Assembly: GCA_964016885.1 (NCBI GenBank)
Contig: OZ024741.1
Location: forward strand, 137,020,001-137,084,000
Direction: 5' to 3'
Length of the DNA stretch: 64,000 nt
Origin: Eledone cirrhosa
Lineage: Eukaryota
Numbering within the stretch: position 1 is the first letter of the stretch; the number at the start of each line of letters is the position of its first letter. Below are positions 1 to 13,359 of this stretch, piece by piece. The position numbers and the translations under genes were made by a program. Under the pieces are notes generated by a model. It did not search any database, had not been told where the DNA came from, and was given only the letters and a program-made list of their open reading frames with translations.

Positions 1-130
1 GAATGCTCACTAATACTGTCCACACATGATAGAATTACACTGGGGAAAACCCTTCCATTGTAGAATATGTGAGAAATCATTTACTAGAGTAATATATATA
101 CCTATTCTGCAACTCAATATGCATCAAGTA
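1..130 (+). pseudogene. Degraded C2H2 (Kruppel-type) zinc-finger remnant
   Basis: With 1-nt indels it reads H..RI(H)TGEKPFHCRICEKSFTR, i.e. the TGEKP linker plus CxxC; truncated by the window edge. Confidence 0.6.
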
Positions 131-718
131 TTATCATGATCTACGGTCTTCCAGCTCTTCGAATCGTGAATATTTGTCACAGTAATATCATTTCTACATA
201 AGATACAAGACATAAAAAGCGTTTTTTTTTTTAATGCTATGTATTTGCTTTTATACTAAAACAACAACTATTCGATCATTTTGAAGATATGATTTATTAG
301 TAGAGGATGAAATATATATTTAACTTGGCCATTGAGGCAAAAAAAAAATAATGAAGAAATATATGGCTGTTTCCCCTGATAATTGTGTTTATGAAATTTA
401 AATAACCAGCTGATTTAAGGTGTAAAATCGTTGAGGACGGCCGAGGTGAACGGTAAACGCCAAACAAACCACCATGCTACTACAACCGTGACTCAACATA
501 AGGAATATAATGTAAACACGTGGTTAACGTAGGATTTTAGTATTTATATTAAATCAATGTTGATTTAAACACTTAGTCATTTCTCAAGATGTTCATTCAA
601 TTATCTTTTAGCATGTTTCACAAGTTATAATTTATATTTTATGTTAAACATTTTAGCTTCGATGTTAGGTTGCTTAAAATGGCTTCCACATTTGAAATGA
701 CAAGGTGACAAACGATTC

Positions 719-771
<53 letters not shown>

Positions 772-1291
772 CATAGCATAGCACCTATTAAATTATTTTA
801 TAATGAAATTTAATTTCGATCTTCTACAGTCTGAGTTAAAACCCCGTCTTTCATTTCAGTTATATTTTGTGTACTTTGTTTAATATACAATCAACTAGAG
901 GATTTTTCATCGAAAAATTGGCCCCTGTGTCTAATAAAAGGATATGATTGTTAGGTTAATTAAAATCATGGTAGGCTAAATTTTGGTATTTTTTTTTTCT
1001 GGGTATTGATACAGAAAGCACCAGACTTTACCTGCCGTTACAATACAAATTCCAGACTTTGCCAAAGTGAGAGATCGTTAGCGTGTCAGGCAAAATGACT
1101 TGGGGTATCTAATTATGACACTTTAGGTTCTGAATTCTAACCCCACAGTGGCCAACTTTGTCTTTTCAGCATTCAAGGTTCGATAAAATAAAGTACCAAT
1201 CAAGTATTGCGGAGGTAAATATAATAGACATTCACCTGCTCTCCCCAAATTGCTGGCCTTTTTCCTAAATTAGAAAAAATATAATGATTAG

Positions 1292-1294
<3 letters not shown>

Positions 1295-1351
<57 letters not shown>
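1295..1351. repeat. (TA)n microsatellite (others near 720-770, 13250-13336, 16733-16787, 30946-30996, 50665-50716)
   Basis: Direct reading. Confidence 0.95.
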
Positions 1352-1354
<3 letters not shown>

Positions 1355-3090
1355 CGTCGGAGACTGTCTTTGGATTTGCTCGTGTCTCCATATAACCAAT
1401 AACATCCTTTGACACTCTAACCTTCTCGGATTTTATTTTTAAATGTAGTTATGGTGTTGTAGGGTTTTGTTAAAGGTGTTACAAAGCTGTCACAGGGATA
1501 GCTATTGCGATTCATACATTTCAACTAGTGTGTCTATTAAAGGGAGATAATTAAACACCTGTCTAATTCTAGTATAGGCATGTCTTGGTGTGGTCTTGTA
1601 TGTATGTCATAAATATTTAAAGTTTTTCTGTTACTAAGGAATCCGTTCATTTTTTAAAATCGTGTTCAGTCATTAGCTACCATGTTGGGGCACTGCCTCA
1701 AAATAGATCATATCGATCCCACTACTTTTTTTTCTTTTCAAATCTGGTACTTATTTTATCGATTTTTTTTTTGTCGAAGCGCTAACGTTTCAAAACACAA
1801 AGACATAAACAAAGGCATGTACACACACCACGAAAAAATGCTTGGTTAGTGCTAGGAAGGGCATCCAATTGGGGACACCAAATCAAAACAAAAAAGAACT
1901 AAATGTCTCCCATCTCAGACTTTGACAGCTGTCTGGCCCAGGAGGGTAAGGGGGAAATATATGTCTAATGTCTATGTCAATATTTTCCTCTCCACACCCT
2001 TGATACACCTTTCTTGTCCAACCTATTCATGCATGCATGAAAACCTTGACAAGTTCTGCATCAGCTCTCCCAGAATGCTGGTGTCATGACCAAAAAAACA
2101 CCTAATCCACCCTATTAGGTAGTCATCCTGGGGCAACAAGGAAAAACACTGTGTCTATCCTTTTAAGTGCCATGACAGAAAGCACCCAGTCCACGGTGTA
2201 AAGTGGTTGTGGTGTTGTCATATGAAAAGCTCCCAGTACACACTGTAATAAGGTTGGCATTAGAAAAGGCATCCAGCTGTAGAAAACGAAGTCAAAAATA
2301 GATCTGTATGAGTAAGATATGGTCATTTGACCTGGTTAGCTTCATAACATGACAATCCATCTAACCCATGCAACCTTGGAAAAAGATGTTAGTGTGTATG
2401 ATGATGATGATAGTTATACACACACATATCTGATCATCATTGTTTAACATCTATTTTTTCCATGCTTATGGGTTAGATAGGTTGTCATTATGAGACAAGT
2501 CAGATTAGATGACTATGTCTTGCTCATATGGATTTGTACTTTTGCTTGGTTTCTACGGCTAGGTGCTCTTCCTAATGTCAATTACATTACAGTGTGGGCA
2601 GGGAGTTTTTTTATCATGGACTAGGTGCTTTTTGTTGTTTCACACTGATACATCCTGTGCACATGGGAAGGCCAGTTTTCTGCAGTACAGCATATCACTG
2701 GCGATCTCGATCCTGTGTCATCTCTTTTGATGGGTTTAATTATGCAAGTTCAGTTTTTATTACTTCATCCCAAACATTCCTAGTTTCCATCAATTTTGGG
2801 CACCTTGCACCTTTTTATACAGTTGTTAGTTACCTGATCTGACTTTTCTTACAATGGGACAACTCGTCTAATTCATGCTATCATGGAAAATGGATGTTAA
2901 ACAGTCATGACGACGATGATGATGATTGGAGCATGCAGGCTTGATTTTATTTCCAGTCTTCATATGTCCTCTGCCTACAACACTCAAAGTTTCTGTACAT
3001 CAAATTCCAGAGATTGAATAAGATACCTTTTTTTTTTTATTTATTGATATATAAGTGGTTATGAACAGACTGAGACAACAAAACGTAAAC

Positions 3091-3628
3091 CTCTCTAGTG
3101 CTGGTGCCATGATAAAATGCACCCACTATACTCTGTATATTGTCACTATGATAAAATGTACCTAGCTTACTCAGTAAGGTATGAGTGTTTGTATTAAAAT
3201 AAATTGCACTTGAAAGTGGTGGTGCTGGTGTCATGATTAACTGTACATAGTACACGCTGTAAAGTGGTAGCATTGGTGCAATGATAAAATGCATCTAGTA
3301 CTCTGTAAAGTGGTAGTATTGTTGTCATGATAAAATGCAGATAATTGACTTTGTAAAGTGATTGTGTGTGTGTCGTGATAAAATGCACCTACTTCACTCT
3401 GTAAAGTGGTAGTATTTGTATAAAATAAACTGCACCTACTACATCCTGTAAAGTTGTAGTGTTGGTGCCATGATAAAATGTGCCGAGTTCATTCTGTAAA
3501 GTGGTAGTGTTGGTGCCACAATAAATTGTACATAGTACACCCTCTAAAGTGGTGGTGTTGGTGCCATGATAAAATGCATCTAGTACACCCTATAAAGTGA
3601 TAGTGTCGGTGTCATGATAAACTGCAGG
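3091..3628 (+). repeat. Tandem array (~12 units) of the ~48-bp stem-loop module ATAAAATGCACCCAGTACACTCTGTAAAGTGGTAGTGCTGGTGCCATG
   Basis: ATAAAATG recurs at 48-bp spacing (3473, 3521, 3569, 3617); the same unit occurs in LINE UTRs and SINEs in this window. Confidence 0.9.
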
Positions 3629-3871
3629 TGACTGTGGGACAGTAAATTTCTCAGATCTTTAAAGCATTATCAGAAGGTGTTCAGCATGTCTACATTTATA
3701 CTGTCTAACTCACAGCATGGAGCCCTCCCCCCCAAAAAGACAAAAAAAAAACCGTAAAATACTCATAGGAAACCATTGGATAATGAGAAAGAGAGGATAA
3801 ATAATATAATCATAAAATATTTGTTTTGTTATAATCTGTATTGTTTGTCTTATATAAAGCCTGGAACAAAG

Positions 3872-4005
3872 ATGGAGGAGAATACACCATTATATTTTAA
3901 GGAGAATGTCAGCAAATACCAAATTCCCCTGGATCATTTAGACTTTGGTTATATCAAGAAATGTAAGGATGTCAAAGAATTAGAAAAAATCTATAAACTC
4001 TTACG
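3872..4005 (+). CDS. SPAG1: SPAG1 coding exon 1 (MEENTPLYFKENVSKYQIPLDHLDFGYIKKCKDVKELEKIYKLL-R)
   Basis: ATG at 3872, AG acceptor at 3858-3859, donor GTATGT at 4006; SPAG1 N-terminal motif. Confidence 0.9.
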
Positions 4006-4097
4006 GTATGTATTATTTTATTCTTTTACTCTGTTTAGTCATTAGGCTGCTACCATGCTGGGGCACTTCCCTGAAGGGATTTAATTAATCATATTGA

Positions 4098-4400
4098 CTC
4101 AGATGGGTGCTACACGAGAATGCTGAGAATGGCTCTGAACATTAATCAGTATACACTGTGGATGAAGAACTCAGAGCTGTACAGGAGCCTCCCAAAAGTC
4201 AGCTCGAAAGTAACAGAAGAGACTGAGGTTAGCTGGACATGCTCACCAACATTCAGAATTGACACTGCACTCAGTGCTCCTGTGGGAGCCCTTACACGAC
4301 ACACTAGAAGAGGGAGACCGAGGTTGACATATGTTGATGCCCTAAGGACAGACAGGTCTCTTGAGGGACAGAGACTGCTGGAAAGAACTCCTTCATGGAT
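4098..4400 (+). mobile_element. Old degraded non-LTR retrotransposon 3' coding fragment (RTE/RTE-X-like)
   Basis: DGCYTRMLRMALNI..KNSELYRSLPKVSSKVTE(RRLRLAGH)..RGRPRLTYVDAL, with frameshifts. Confidence 0.7.
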
Positions 4401-5702
4401 CTCGGGAATTTTACCCGCCCTAGATAGATAGATTGACATAGGGTGGACGTTTTGTTATAGTGTCACCAACATTATTACATAGATGTGTGTGTATGTAATA
4501 ATTACTTTGTATAATATGTCTATTTATGAATATGTATGAGTAGATGTAGGCGGCAAATTGGTAGAATCGTTAGAGCATGGGATAGAATGCTTTATGGTAT
4601 TCGTTCTGGCTCTCTGCTCTCTAAGTTCAAATCTTGCTGAGGTTAACTTTGCCTTTCATCTTTTCGAGGTTGATAGAAAAAAAGAATACTAGTCTAGTAC
4701 TGGGGTTGATTCTTCCTCTATATCTTTTTCTCATTTCGTCTCTCACTTTCTCTACCAGGCTTAAAAAATGCCTAAGAAACGCCATATGTCAATTAGGCGC
4801 ACCTACAAATCTTAGGAGTTATGAGACCATACATACATACACCAACACTACCATCATACAGAGTGGACTGGGTGTTTTTTATTGTGACACCAGCTCTGGG
4901 AGGGCTGGTGTCCTGGTTTCTATGAATTCATAAACAAATTGGACAGGGTTGTGTGGAGTGGGAGGAGTACCTCGACATAGTCATTAGATATCTGCTTCTC
5001 CCATGCCCTCCTGTCAAACCCTGAGACCTAGCCAAACAGAAGACCACATCTAGTTCATACATTCCATTTTTGTTTTGGTTAGGCTTTTGCTACCAGATGC
5101 TCTTCCCAACACTAACCAAGCATTTTGTTGTGGTTTATATATATTGCTTTCAAGTCTAGTACTTATTTTATTGAGCTCTGTTTGTTGAACTGCTAAGTTA
5201 CAAAACATAAACAGTATACATAAACACAACTCAGTGACACACATATATGTATACATATATAAAATGCACTCAGTACACTCTGTAAACTGCTAGAGCTATT
5301 GCCACAAAAAGAAAGTAACACACCCTGCCCACACTTTAAAGTGCTAGTGCTACAAGAAAAAACAAACACACCCAGTTCACTCTGTCAAGTCGTAGTGGTG
5401 GGTAGTGATGCCATAACATGAATCTTGTGCATGGCGTTAGAAAGGGCATCCAGCCGTAGAAACCATTCCAAAATAGAATTTATAAGTGAGACACAGTCAT
5501 CTTACTTTTCTAACCTTAGAACGTGGCATATCTAAACCATGCAAACAGAAAATAGATGTAAAACTGGTCAAACTGAAGCTACAATAGAGAGCACTTGGCC
5601 CAGATGCCACACAGTGGGATTGAACGTATAACCATATGGTTGTGAAGTGAACTACCTAAACACACAGCTATGCCCGTACCCATGTGTTTACTAAAATAAA
5701 AT

Positions 5703-7646
5703 GGAACGGTGGGACACACTATGGTCACCCAGATAGTAAACCAAGTCATACAGAAGGGGGCCGTTCCGAAAGACTGGCGTAGCAGCATCATCATTAACTG
5801 CTACAAGGGTAAAGGAGATGCCCTAGATAGGGGTAACTATAGAGGCATTAAATTAATTGACCAGGTCATGAAGGTCACAGAAAAAGTAATAGCGCAACTA
5901 ATCAGAGAACGAATTGATCTAGATGAAATGCAGTTCGGGTTTGTGTCAGGTAAAAGTACCATAGACGCTCTTTTCATTGTACGACAACTACAGGAGAAGT
6001 ACCTAGCTAAAAGTAAACCCCTATACTTAGCTTTTGTTGACTTGAAGAAAGCCTTTGACAGAGTCCCCCGCTCCATTATCTGGTGGGTTCTTAGAAAATT
6101 AGGTGTTGATGAATGGCTTGTGAGAGCTATACAAGCCATGTATAAAGAAACAGCAAGGTTAGAATTAACAACGAATATAGTGAAGAGTTTAGCGTAAAAG
6201 TTGGTGTTCATCAGGGCTCCGTTCTTAGACCCCCTACTATTTATTATTGCCCTTCAGGCTATAACAGAGGAGTTCAAGACCGGCTGCACATGGGAACTCC
6301 TATATGCAGATGATCTAACGCTCATAGCTGAATCAATGGCTGAACTAGAGAAGAAATTCCAAACATGGAAGCATGGCCTATAATCAAAAGGCCTTAAAGT
6401 TAACTTGTCTAAGACTAAAGTTCTAGTTTGTAGGAAGGAAAATAGGGCACCGGTCCCATCTGGGAAATGGCCATGCTCAGTGTGTAGGAAAGAAGTAGGC
6501 AGAAACTCCATTTTATGTCCCAAATGCAAAGTATGGGTGCATAAAAGATGTAGTGGGATCACAGGTAAGCTAACTAAGAATATAGATTTTATATGTGGCC
6601 GGTGCTCTGGTGCAATAAGTTCAGCAAGTGCCCACAGAATACTAGCTCATTCCATTGCACAGATGGTTCTATAGAAATAGTGGACACCTTCCGTTACCTG
6701 GGTGACAAAATCAGCAGTGGGGGAGGGTGCTCTGAAAGTACAGTAGCTAGAGTAAGAACGGGATAGAAAAAGTTCAGAGAGCTTATACCACTATTGGCCG
6801 CTAAAGGGTTCTCTCTAAAAATGAAAGGCAGCCTGTATGATGCCTGCACACGAACAGCAATGTTACATGGCAGTGAGACCTGGGCATTGTGTGCAGAGGA
6901 TATACGCAGACTGGAGAGGAACGAAGCTTGCATGCTCCGCTGGATGTGTAATAGTAATATACGTGAACGGCAAAGCATAAAAGAACTAAGGGAGAAATTA
7001 GGAATAAGAGGGATCAGATGTTGTTTACTCGAGAGAAGACTATGTTGGTATGGTCACGTGATGCGCATGAAAGACGACAGCTGTATAAAAAAGTGCAGGG
7101 TGATAAAAATAGACGGTAGCCACGGAGTAGGCAGACCCAGAAAAACCTGGGACGACTTGATAAATTCCGACCTCACACACTGACACATCTCCAAGACAAT
7201 GTCACTGGACTGAGATCTTTGGCGCTACACAGTAATACAGAAGACCTGCCTTGCCTAAGTACAAAGCGAAACCTACAGTCAGTAGGCACCTCTAACAAAA
7301 ATACACCCCTGTCCCACTACCCGCACCCCATCCACACCACCCCCTTCAATGTCATGTTATGTTGGTACCACAACATCCAGTCTGAAACAAATGAGGTCGT
7401 GTAGGTGTCACGACAAAAGGACACACAGTCCATGCTGTAATGTGGCCGTGTAGGTAACACGGTAAAAACCTCCCAGTCCACACTGTAAACGTGGTTGGTG
7501 TTAGGAAGGGCATCCAGCCGTAGAAAACCCGCCAGACAGTCCTATATGAGCAGGACAACCAATCTTGCCTCAAGTGGGAAAACTCCCATCCAAACCCATG
7601 CAAGCTTGGAAGATGGACGTTAAACGATGATGATGATGATGATGAT
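5703..7646 (+). mobile_element. RTE-clade LINE, family A, 5'-truncated and decayed
   Basis: RT fragments (QFGFVSGKS, AFDRVP, LYADD) broken by stops and frameshifts; family A 3' UTR; (GAT)n tail. Confidence 0.93.
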
Positions 7647-8100
7647 TTCCAAAGCTTTTAGGGACCAGAGCAGTTTCCAAGGCCAGTTCATTCTTTTGGA
7701 GATACTAAAATAAAGTACATGTTATGTACTTGGATTGATTAAATTGGCTAACACCTTCCTAATTTGTGGCCTTGTGCCTATATCAAAAATTATTATTATT
7801 AGAGTAAACATCCAGTTGATTTATGAAGCGCTGGGAAATTTGAAATGTGGAAAATGTAGTCATCCTAATGCAAATAACTACAATAATAGTTGATTATTAT
7901 AAATAATGGTTGAAAAAATCAGGTAAAAAAATGGAAAATTCTGGATAGAGATGCTTGCAGGGAAGTGGCTCTGCCCATTTTTATATATTCCCAAGGTACT
8001 TTGCCCAATTTTTTCAACTATTATTTAAAGTGATCAACTGTTAGTTATCTGCACTGATTTTACTTTCAAATTATTATTGTTATTTATTATAGGTCCTATT

Positions 8101-8768
8101 TCATCATCATCATTTTACGTCCGCTTTTCTCTGCTAGGGTTGGGACGGGTCCTATTCAGCACAGCATCCCTCCATTGAGTTTCAGCGATCTGAGGTCTGC
8201 TCTCACCACCTCCGCCCATGTTTTTTGTGGTCTTCCTCTACTGCGTCTTCCTTCTACTAGCATTTCTTGGCACTTCTTTACCCAGCGGTCATCCTCCATG
8301 TGCATCACATGACCATACCATCTCAGTCTTCTCTCCTGCACACCACAACTTATCCCTCTTATACCCAGTTTCTTTCTCAATTCATCTATGCTTGGTCGTT
8401 CACGCACATTGACATTGCATTACAGCTGTCGCATATCCTCTGCAGTTGCTGCCCATGTCTCCCTACCATGTAGCATATCGTTCCTCACACAGGCATCATA
8501 TAATCATCATCCTTTCGTACGCAGGGAGAAACCCTTATTTGTTAACAGAGGAAGCAGCTCCCTAAACTTCTTCCAACCCGTCCTTATTCTAGATACTATG
8601 GCCTCGGACCCCCCCCCCCCCGCTAATCTGATCACCTAGGTACCGGAAGCTATCAACCACTTCTATAGAACCCACCTGCATTGGAAAAATGTGTCTATCA
8701 CTGCGATTACTACTGCCAACTGTCCCTGTACATCTACTGCATACGTAGTTTTCCCTACTGTTAGTTTG
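8101..8768 (-). mobile_element. RTE-clade LINE, family B, 3' fragment
   Basis: Homologous to the 3' end of the 20818..24045 element (RRLRWYGHVM, GRPQKTW); (ATG)n tail. Confidence 0.9.
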
Positions 8769-9311
8769 GGGTTAATAAAATAAAAGTACTAGTCTACGTA
8801 ATTGTCTATACTCCCTGAAATTTGAGGTGTTATTGCATTGGGAGCAATATTGGTAGAGAGTCGGACAACATACTTAGTTATGTCCCTTTATGTTCTCAGG
8901 TCAAATCCTGCCAAGGTTAGCTTTCATCCTTATGGGGTTGATGAAATAAAGCACCAGCAATGCACTAAGGTCAATCTAGTCAACTTTTCTCTTCCCTGAA
9001 AATTGCTGGCCTTGTGCCAAATGTAGAAACAATTATTATCATTTTTATGGAAAACTGGGAGAGGGCATTTGCCCCAGTGGTCAGGGTGACCATGGTTTTT
9101 GTGGGCTTTCTCCATGAGTAACCCTCGGTGGTCTCCCCCCTAGTCGAGATTTTTCCTTTGTTTCCATTTTTTTGTTACATCTATATTTTTTGTTTCCTTT
9201 TTTTACAAACAGAAACCCATATTTGTACCATCCTCTGCTGCCCTTAATGTATTTTTTGTAAACCCTTTGTGGTTATTAAAGAAATCATTATTATTATTAT
9301 TATTTCTATAG

Positions 9312-9386
9312 GTCAGGAGAAGAAGGAAATTACGCTGAGCTTGAAAAATGTTGTGAAGACAAACTGCGAGAGCTCCATCCAAACAG
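9312..9386 (+). CDS. SPAG1: SPAG1 coding exon 2 (SGEEGNYAELEKCCEDKLRELHPN)
   Basis: ctatag acceptor, gtaatt donor, phase 2/2; conserved RSGEEG motif. Confidence 0.93.
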
Positions 9387-9954
9387 GTAATTATGGGTGA
9401 TTGTATATTATAATTGGGATCTTTTCATCTCCTCCTCCCCCTCCCCTCTCTTCCCTCCTCATCATCGTCGTCGTTGACCCCCCACCACCACCATTCTCCC
9501 TTTTAAAAGAAGAAGGGAAGGGAAGGGCACATTAATTAAAATGGCTTTTGATTCTTTGCATCAAAGCTGACCTCCAAGTTAACAACAAAAATGACTTGCC
9601 AATCATAAAGCTGTGTCTTCTCCCTATCTCTTCTCCTGTAATTTGTATCCCATGGAGAGTAATTTAAAAGATTTTTCACTTTCTCTAAATTTAAAATGCT
9701 GTTTTTATAAGATTCTTATTAAAAATAAAATTTAGATTTAAAAAAAAATGTTGTCTAGATCTTGAATGTCTGATGTCCGAAACAAAAATCAGAAGATATG
9801 TTTAAAATGAAATCAATAACAAAAACTATAGAGCAGGAAGCATAACTGTGTGGTTACCTGTTTTGTTATATTTCTAACAAAAATACATCTTCCTTGTCAC
9901 CATAATTTTATGTTGATTTTCTCTGCTAGCAATGAGTCTGTTTCAATTATGTGT

Positions 9955-10220
9955 ATTTGGTACCAGTACTATGACTTTACAAGGTGTACTGGGTGCATGT
10001 TATGGTACCATCACTACAACTAAAATTTACACATTGTACTGGGTGCATTTTATTATGGTATCAAAACCACAACTTTATGTGGTATATTGGGTACATTTTA
10101 TCATGGTACCAGCACTAAAATTTTGCAAGGTGTACTGAGTGCATTTTATCATGGAACCAAACACTGTATTTTATCATGGAACTAACACTGTATTTTATCA
10201 TGGTACCAACACTAGAGAGG
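9955..10220 (-). repeat. Degenerate array of the 48-bp stem-loop module (reverse orientation)
   Basis: Repeated GTACTGGGTGCATTTTATCATGGTACC. Confidence 0.75.
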
Positions 10221-10399
10221 TTGTCGTCATTCAAACAAGAGAGTCTTTGAAAAAAACCTATATCATCTCTGTTCAATTGCCAACCACTTTACAGAGTCTA
10301 CTGAATAACTATTATATACAAATAAATATGATATTATTATTGTTATTTGTTACATATCTGTATTATTTTTGTTTCTTTAAAAATAAATCCTCACTATAG

Positions 10400-10484
10400 T
10401 CGAGCTTTAAGGAGAGAAGAACCATTGAAAAAAATTACTGATCTAAGCCAGGAAGAAAACATAGCTTTACAAGCAGAGCTGGAG
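10400..10484 (+). CDS. SPAG1: SPAG1 coding exon 3 (SRALRREEPLKKITDLSQEENIALQAELE)
   Basis: ctatag acceptor, gtaaga donor; SRALR motif. Confidence 0.9.
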
Positions 10485-12143
10485 GTAAGAACTATGTTTG
10501 ATGATGTTATATATACGAACCCATAATAGACACAGGATAGAATCATAAGGGCATTGTCATGACAAGCGGCATGTTTCAGTCATGTTGAACCTGGCGGAGC
10601 TCATCCTTTTCCAGGTCTGACAGCCAATTTCTTATAGTGAAAAAGAGAGAGAGGGAGAGAGAGAGAGAGAGAGAATCGATCCTCAGTACTGAATAGGTAC
10701 TTTTTTTATTGAGTACAAAAGGATGAAAGGTAAATGTGACTTCAGTGGGATTTGAACTCAGAGCGCAAAACATACTGACACTCAAACAAATCTGACAATT
10801 TGCTATCTTTGATGATGATATCATCATCATTTAACATCCATGTTTTCATGAGTTTGACAGGTTGTCACGTTATGAGAGAAGTTAGGTCACCACGTCTTGC
10901 TCATATGGATCTGTATTTTGGCTTGATTTCTATAGTTGGATGCCTTTCTTAAGGCCAACCACTGGCAATACAATTGATATGTGGGACCCAGGACAAGCTT
11001 CATACCAATCATGGGGTCTTTTTGAGGTCTTCCAAGTACCAACCCTTTTTGTCACCTCTTTCAACATAGTGGGTTATGATGTACCTCTTCTAAACCAGAT
11101 ATACACAGCATTACATTTAGTCAATAAACTTTGTAAAATGTGATCATTTTATGTGTGCGCTGAAGAAGAGCTAATTTCTGAGATTTGGAGAAAAGCTTGT
11201 CTTCAAATGTGATAAATTGGCAGAATCATTAAAGTATTTTATAAGATGTCTCAGTATTTGTTCCAACTATCTGTGCTCTGAGTTCAAATTTTGCTTCTTG
11301 CATATGAGACATTTGGTGTCTCTGACTCTGATTGTTGCCGTTCACTTGATTGGGATCAGAGATCAGTAATCAGGTTCCAGGGCCCACCACGAGGAGGTCA
11401 ACAACTTGAGCCCCAAATCCTGCTGAGTTCACCTTTTTTTTGTTATCAACCGCAAAAGGATGAAGGGCAAAAGAAAAGAAAATCCTGTTGAAGTCAACTT
11501 TGCCTTTCATCCTTTTGGGGTTGATAAAAAAAGTATTGTTATTGAGTGAGCATCTGATCTGACTGCTTTCATTAGAAATATAGCAATGGAAGGGTTTTAA
11601 TGTTTATATTTATTCCAAACATTGACCTAATAATGAGAAAGTTTATTACATTTTTTCAAATTCTTGAATATTTTCAAAATAAATTTAAAACCACAAGTAG
11701 TGTCTTTCATTAAAATTAGGGTAATGGAAAGTCTTGGAGTTTTTGTAGTTATCTAGAAACCTTCCATCATAATTTTGTGTTAGAAACTTTCTTAAATTAT
11801 ATTGAAAACAACTTTAATGAGAAAATGATAATAAATCCCTCCAAATTCTTGATTATTTTCAAAATGAATTTAAAATCACATAAAATCATTAGAAATATGG
11901 TAAGGAAAGTGTTAAAATATTTATATTAATTTATATATTAAAATATATATATAAACCTTCCATCATGATTTTATGTATCATCCTTTGTTGTTAAGTTATG
12001 CTCCAAACACTGTCTTAATAATACGAAAGTTATATTATTAAATCTCTCCAAATGTTTCCAAATTAATTGAATATCTTCTGTAGTGCATTTTGTTATAAAT
12101 TTGGTAAGGCAAGAGTTAATGGCTCTACTACTTCCTTCTTTAG

Positions 12144-12269
12144 AATTGGTCCAGCAACATGTGTCAACTGGATGGATCTTTAAAGAATAAATGTTCTAAA
12201 AAAGTAACAGATGATATTCCACCCATCAGAAATGCGGAAGGGAAGAAAATGAAACCAGAAAAAGAAAAG
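12144..12269 (+). CDS. SPAG1: SPAG1 coding exon 4 (NWSSNMCQLDG...DDIPPIRNAEGKKMKPEKEK)
   Basis: polypyrimidine tract plus tag acceptor, gtaact donor, phase 0/0; conserved W and PPIR motif. Confidence 0.88.
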
Positions 12270-12464
12270 GTAACTTTTGATACTTAGAATTATTAAACTT
12301 TTTACAGGGTGTTGGTTATTTGACTTTGGCCATGTTGGGAACCACTTTAAAGAGAGTTAGTCAATCATATCAACCCTCAGTACATATTTTTTAAAGTCTG
12401 GTACTTATTTTACCAATCTCTTTTTATCGTACTGCTAATTTTTGGGTCATAAATGTAAATGTAA

Positions 12465-12800
12465 ATAAAATGCACCCAGTCCACTCTGTAAAGTGGTAGT
12501 GCTAGTGCCATGATAAAATGTACCCAGTCCACCCTGTAAAGATGTAATACTGATGCATTAATGAAAAGTACACAGTACACTCTGTAAAGTGGTAGTGCTA
12601 GTGCCACAAGAAAACAAACTTGGTACATGCCATGAAGTAATGAGCATTAGGAAGAGCATCCAGCCAGAGAAACTAAGGTAAAATGGAATGTATGAACAAA
12701 ACATAGTCATCTAACTTGTCAACCTAGCCTCAGTGTGTGATAACACATCTAACTCATGCAGACATGGTAAATAGACATAAAACAGTGAGTATGATGATGA
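12465..12800 (+). mobile_element. Non-autonomous RTE-type element: three module units, terminal AGGAAG hairpin and (GAT)n tail
   Basis: AAAATGCACCCAGTCCACTCTGTAAAGTGG repeats, then TTAGGAAGAGCATCCAGCC and tail. Confidence 0.7.
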
Positions 12801-13312
12801 TGGTGGTGAACAAACACAGACACGCACACAATCACTGCATGTATCGAGAAAACATTATTTCCACCTCACATCTTCCCCATGTTACCACTGCCACCAACAA
12901 CACACCACTCCCCCTCCCCCTATCAACCCCACATCTAAGCATGAATAGCACCACAACTAAAATCCCTCTGATTGCTTCAAATGCATTCGTTTCTCTTTGG
13001 TAAGGAAATTTCAGTTTGTAATATCACATCTTATAAAATGATTGTTGTTTAGGGAGGACCCTTCAGTTGTGTCAGTGACATGACTATCTCTCCTGTGAAT
13101 TCTGTAGAATGTGAGACAATATGTAAATGAGATGCAGATCCCTGGCCAGTTTGGTAGATCAGTAGCCCCACTTCAGTACTAATTTCGTATATGTAGACCA
13201 TTCCAACCCTTGCTAGCAGGGAAAGTGGATGTTAAATTGATGATGATGATAATATGTATATATATGTGTATATATATGTATATATATGTATATATATGTA
13301 TATATATGTATA

Positions 13313-13359
<47 letters not shown>

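Noticed and set aside
3091-3628. CRISPR-like appearance of the regularly spaced hairpin repeats
   Set aside because: The whole 48-bp unit is repeated with no unique spacers; there are no cas genes; the context is a eukaryotic intron or UTR
3776-3871. N-terminal extension of SPAG1 suggested by ORF 3776..4045
   Set aside because: It starts at TTG, is AT-rich intron-like sequence ending in an AG acceptor, and homology begins after the ATG at 3872
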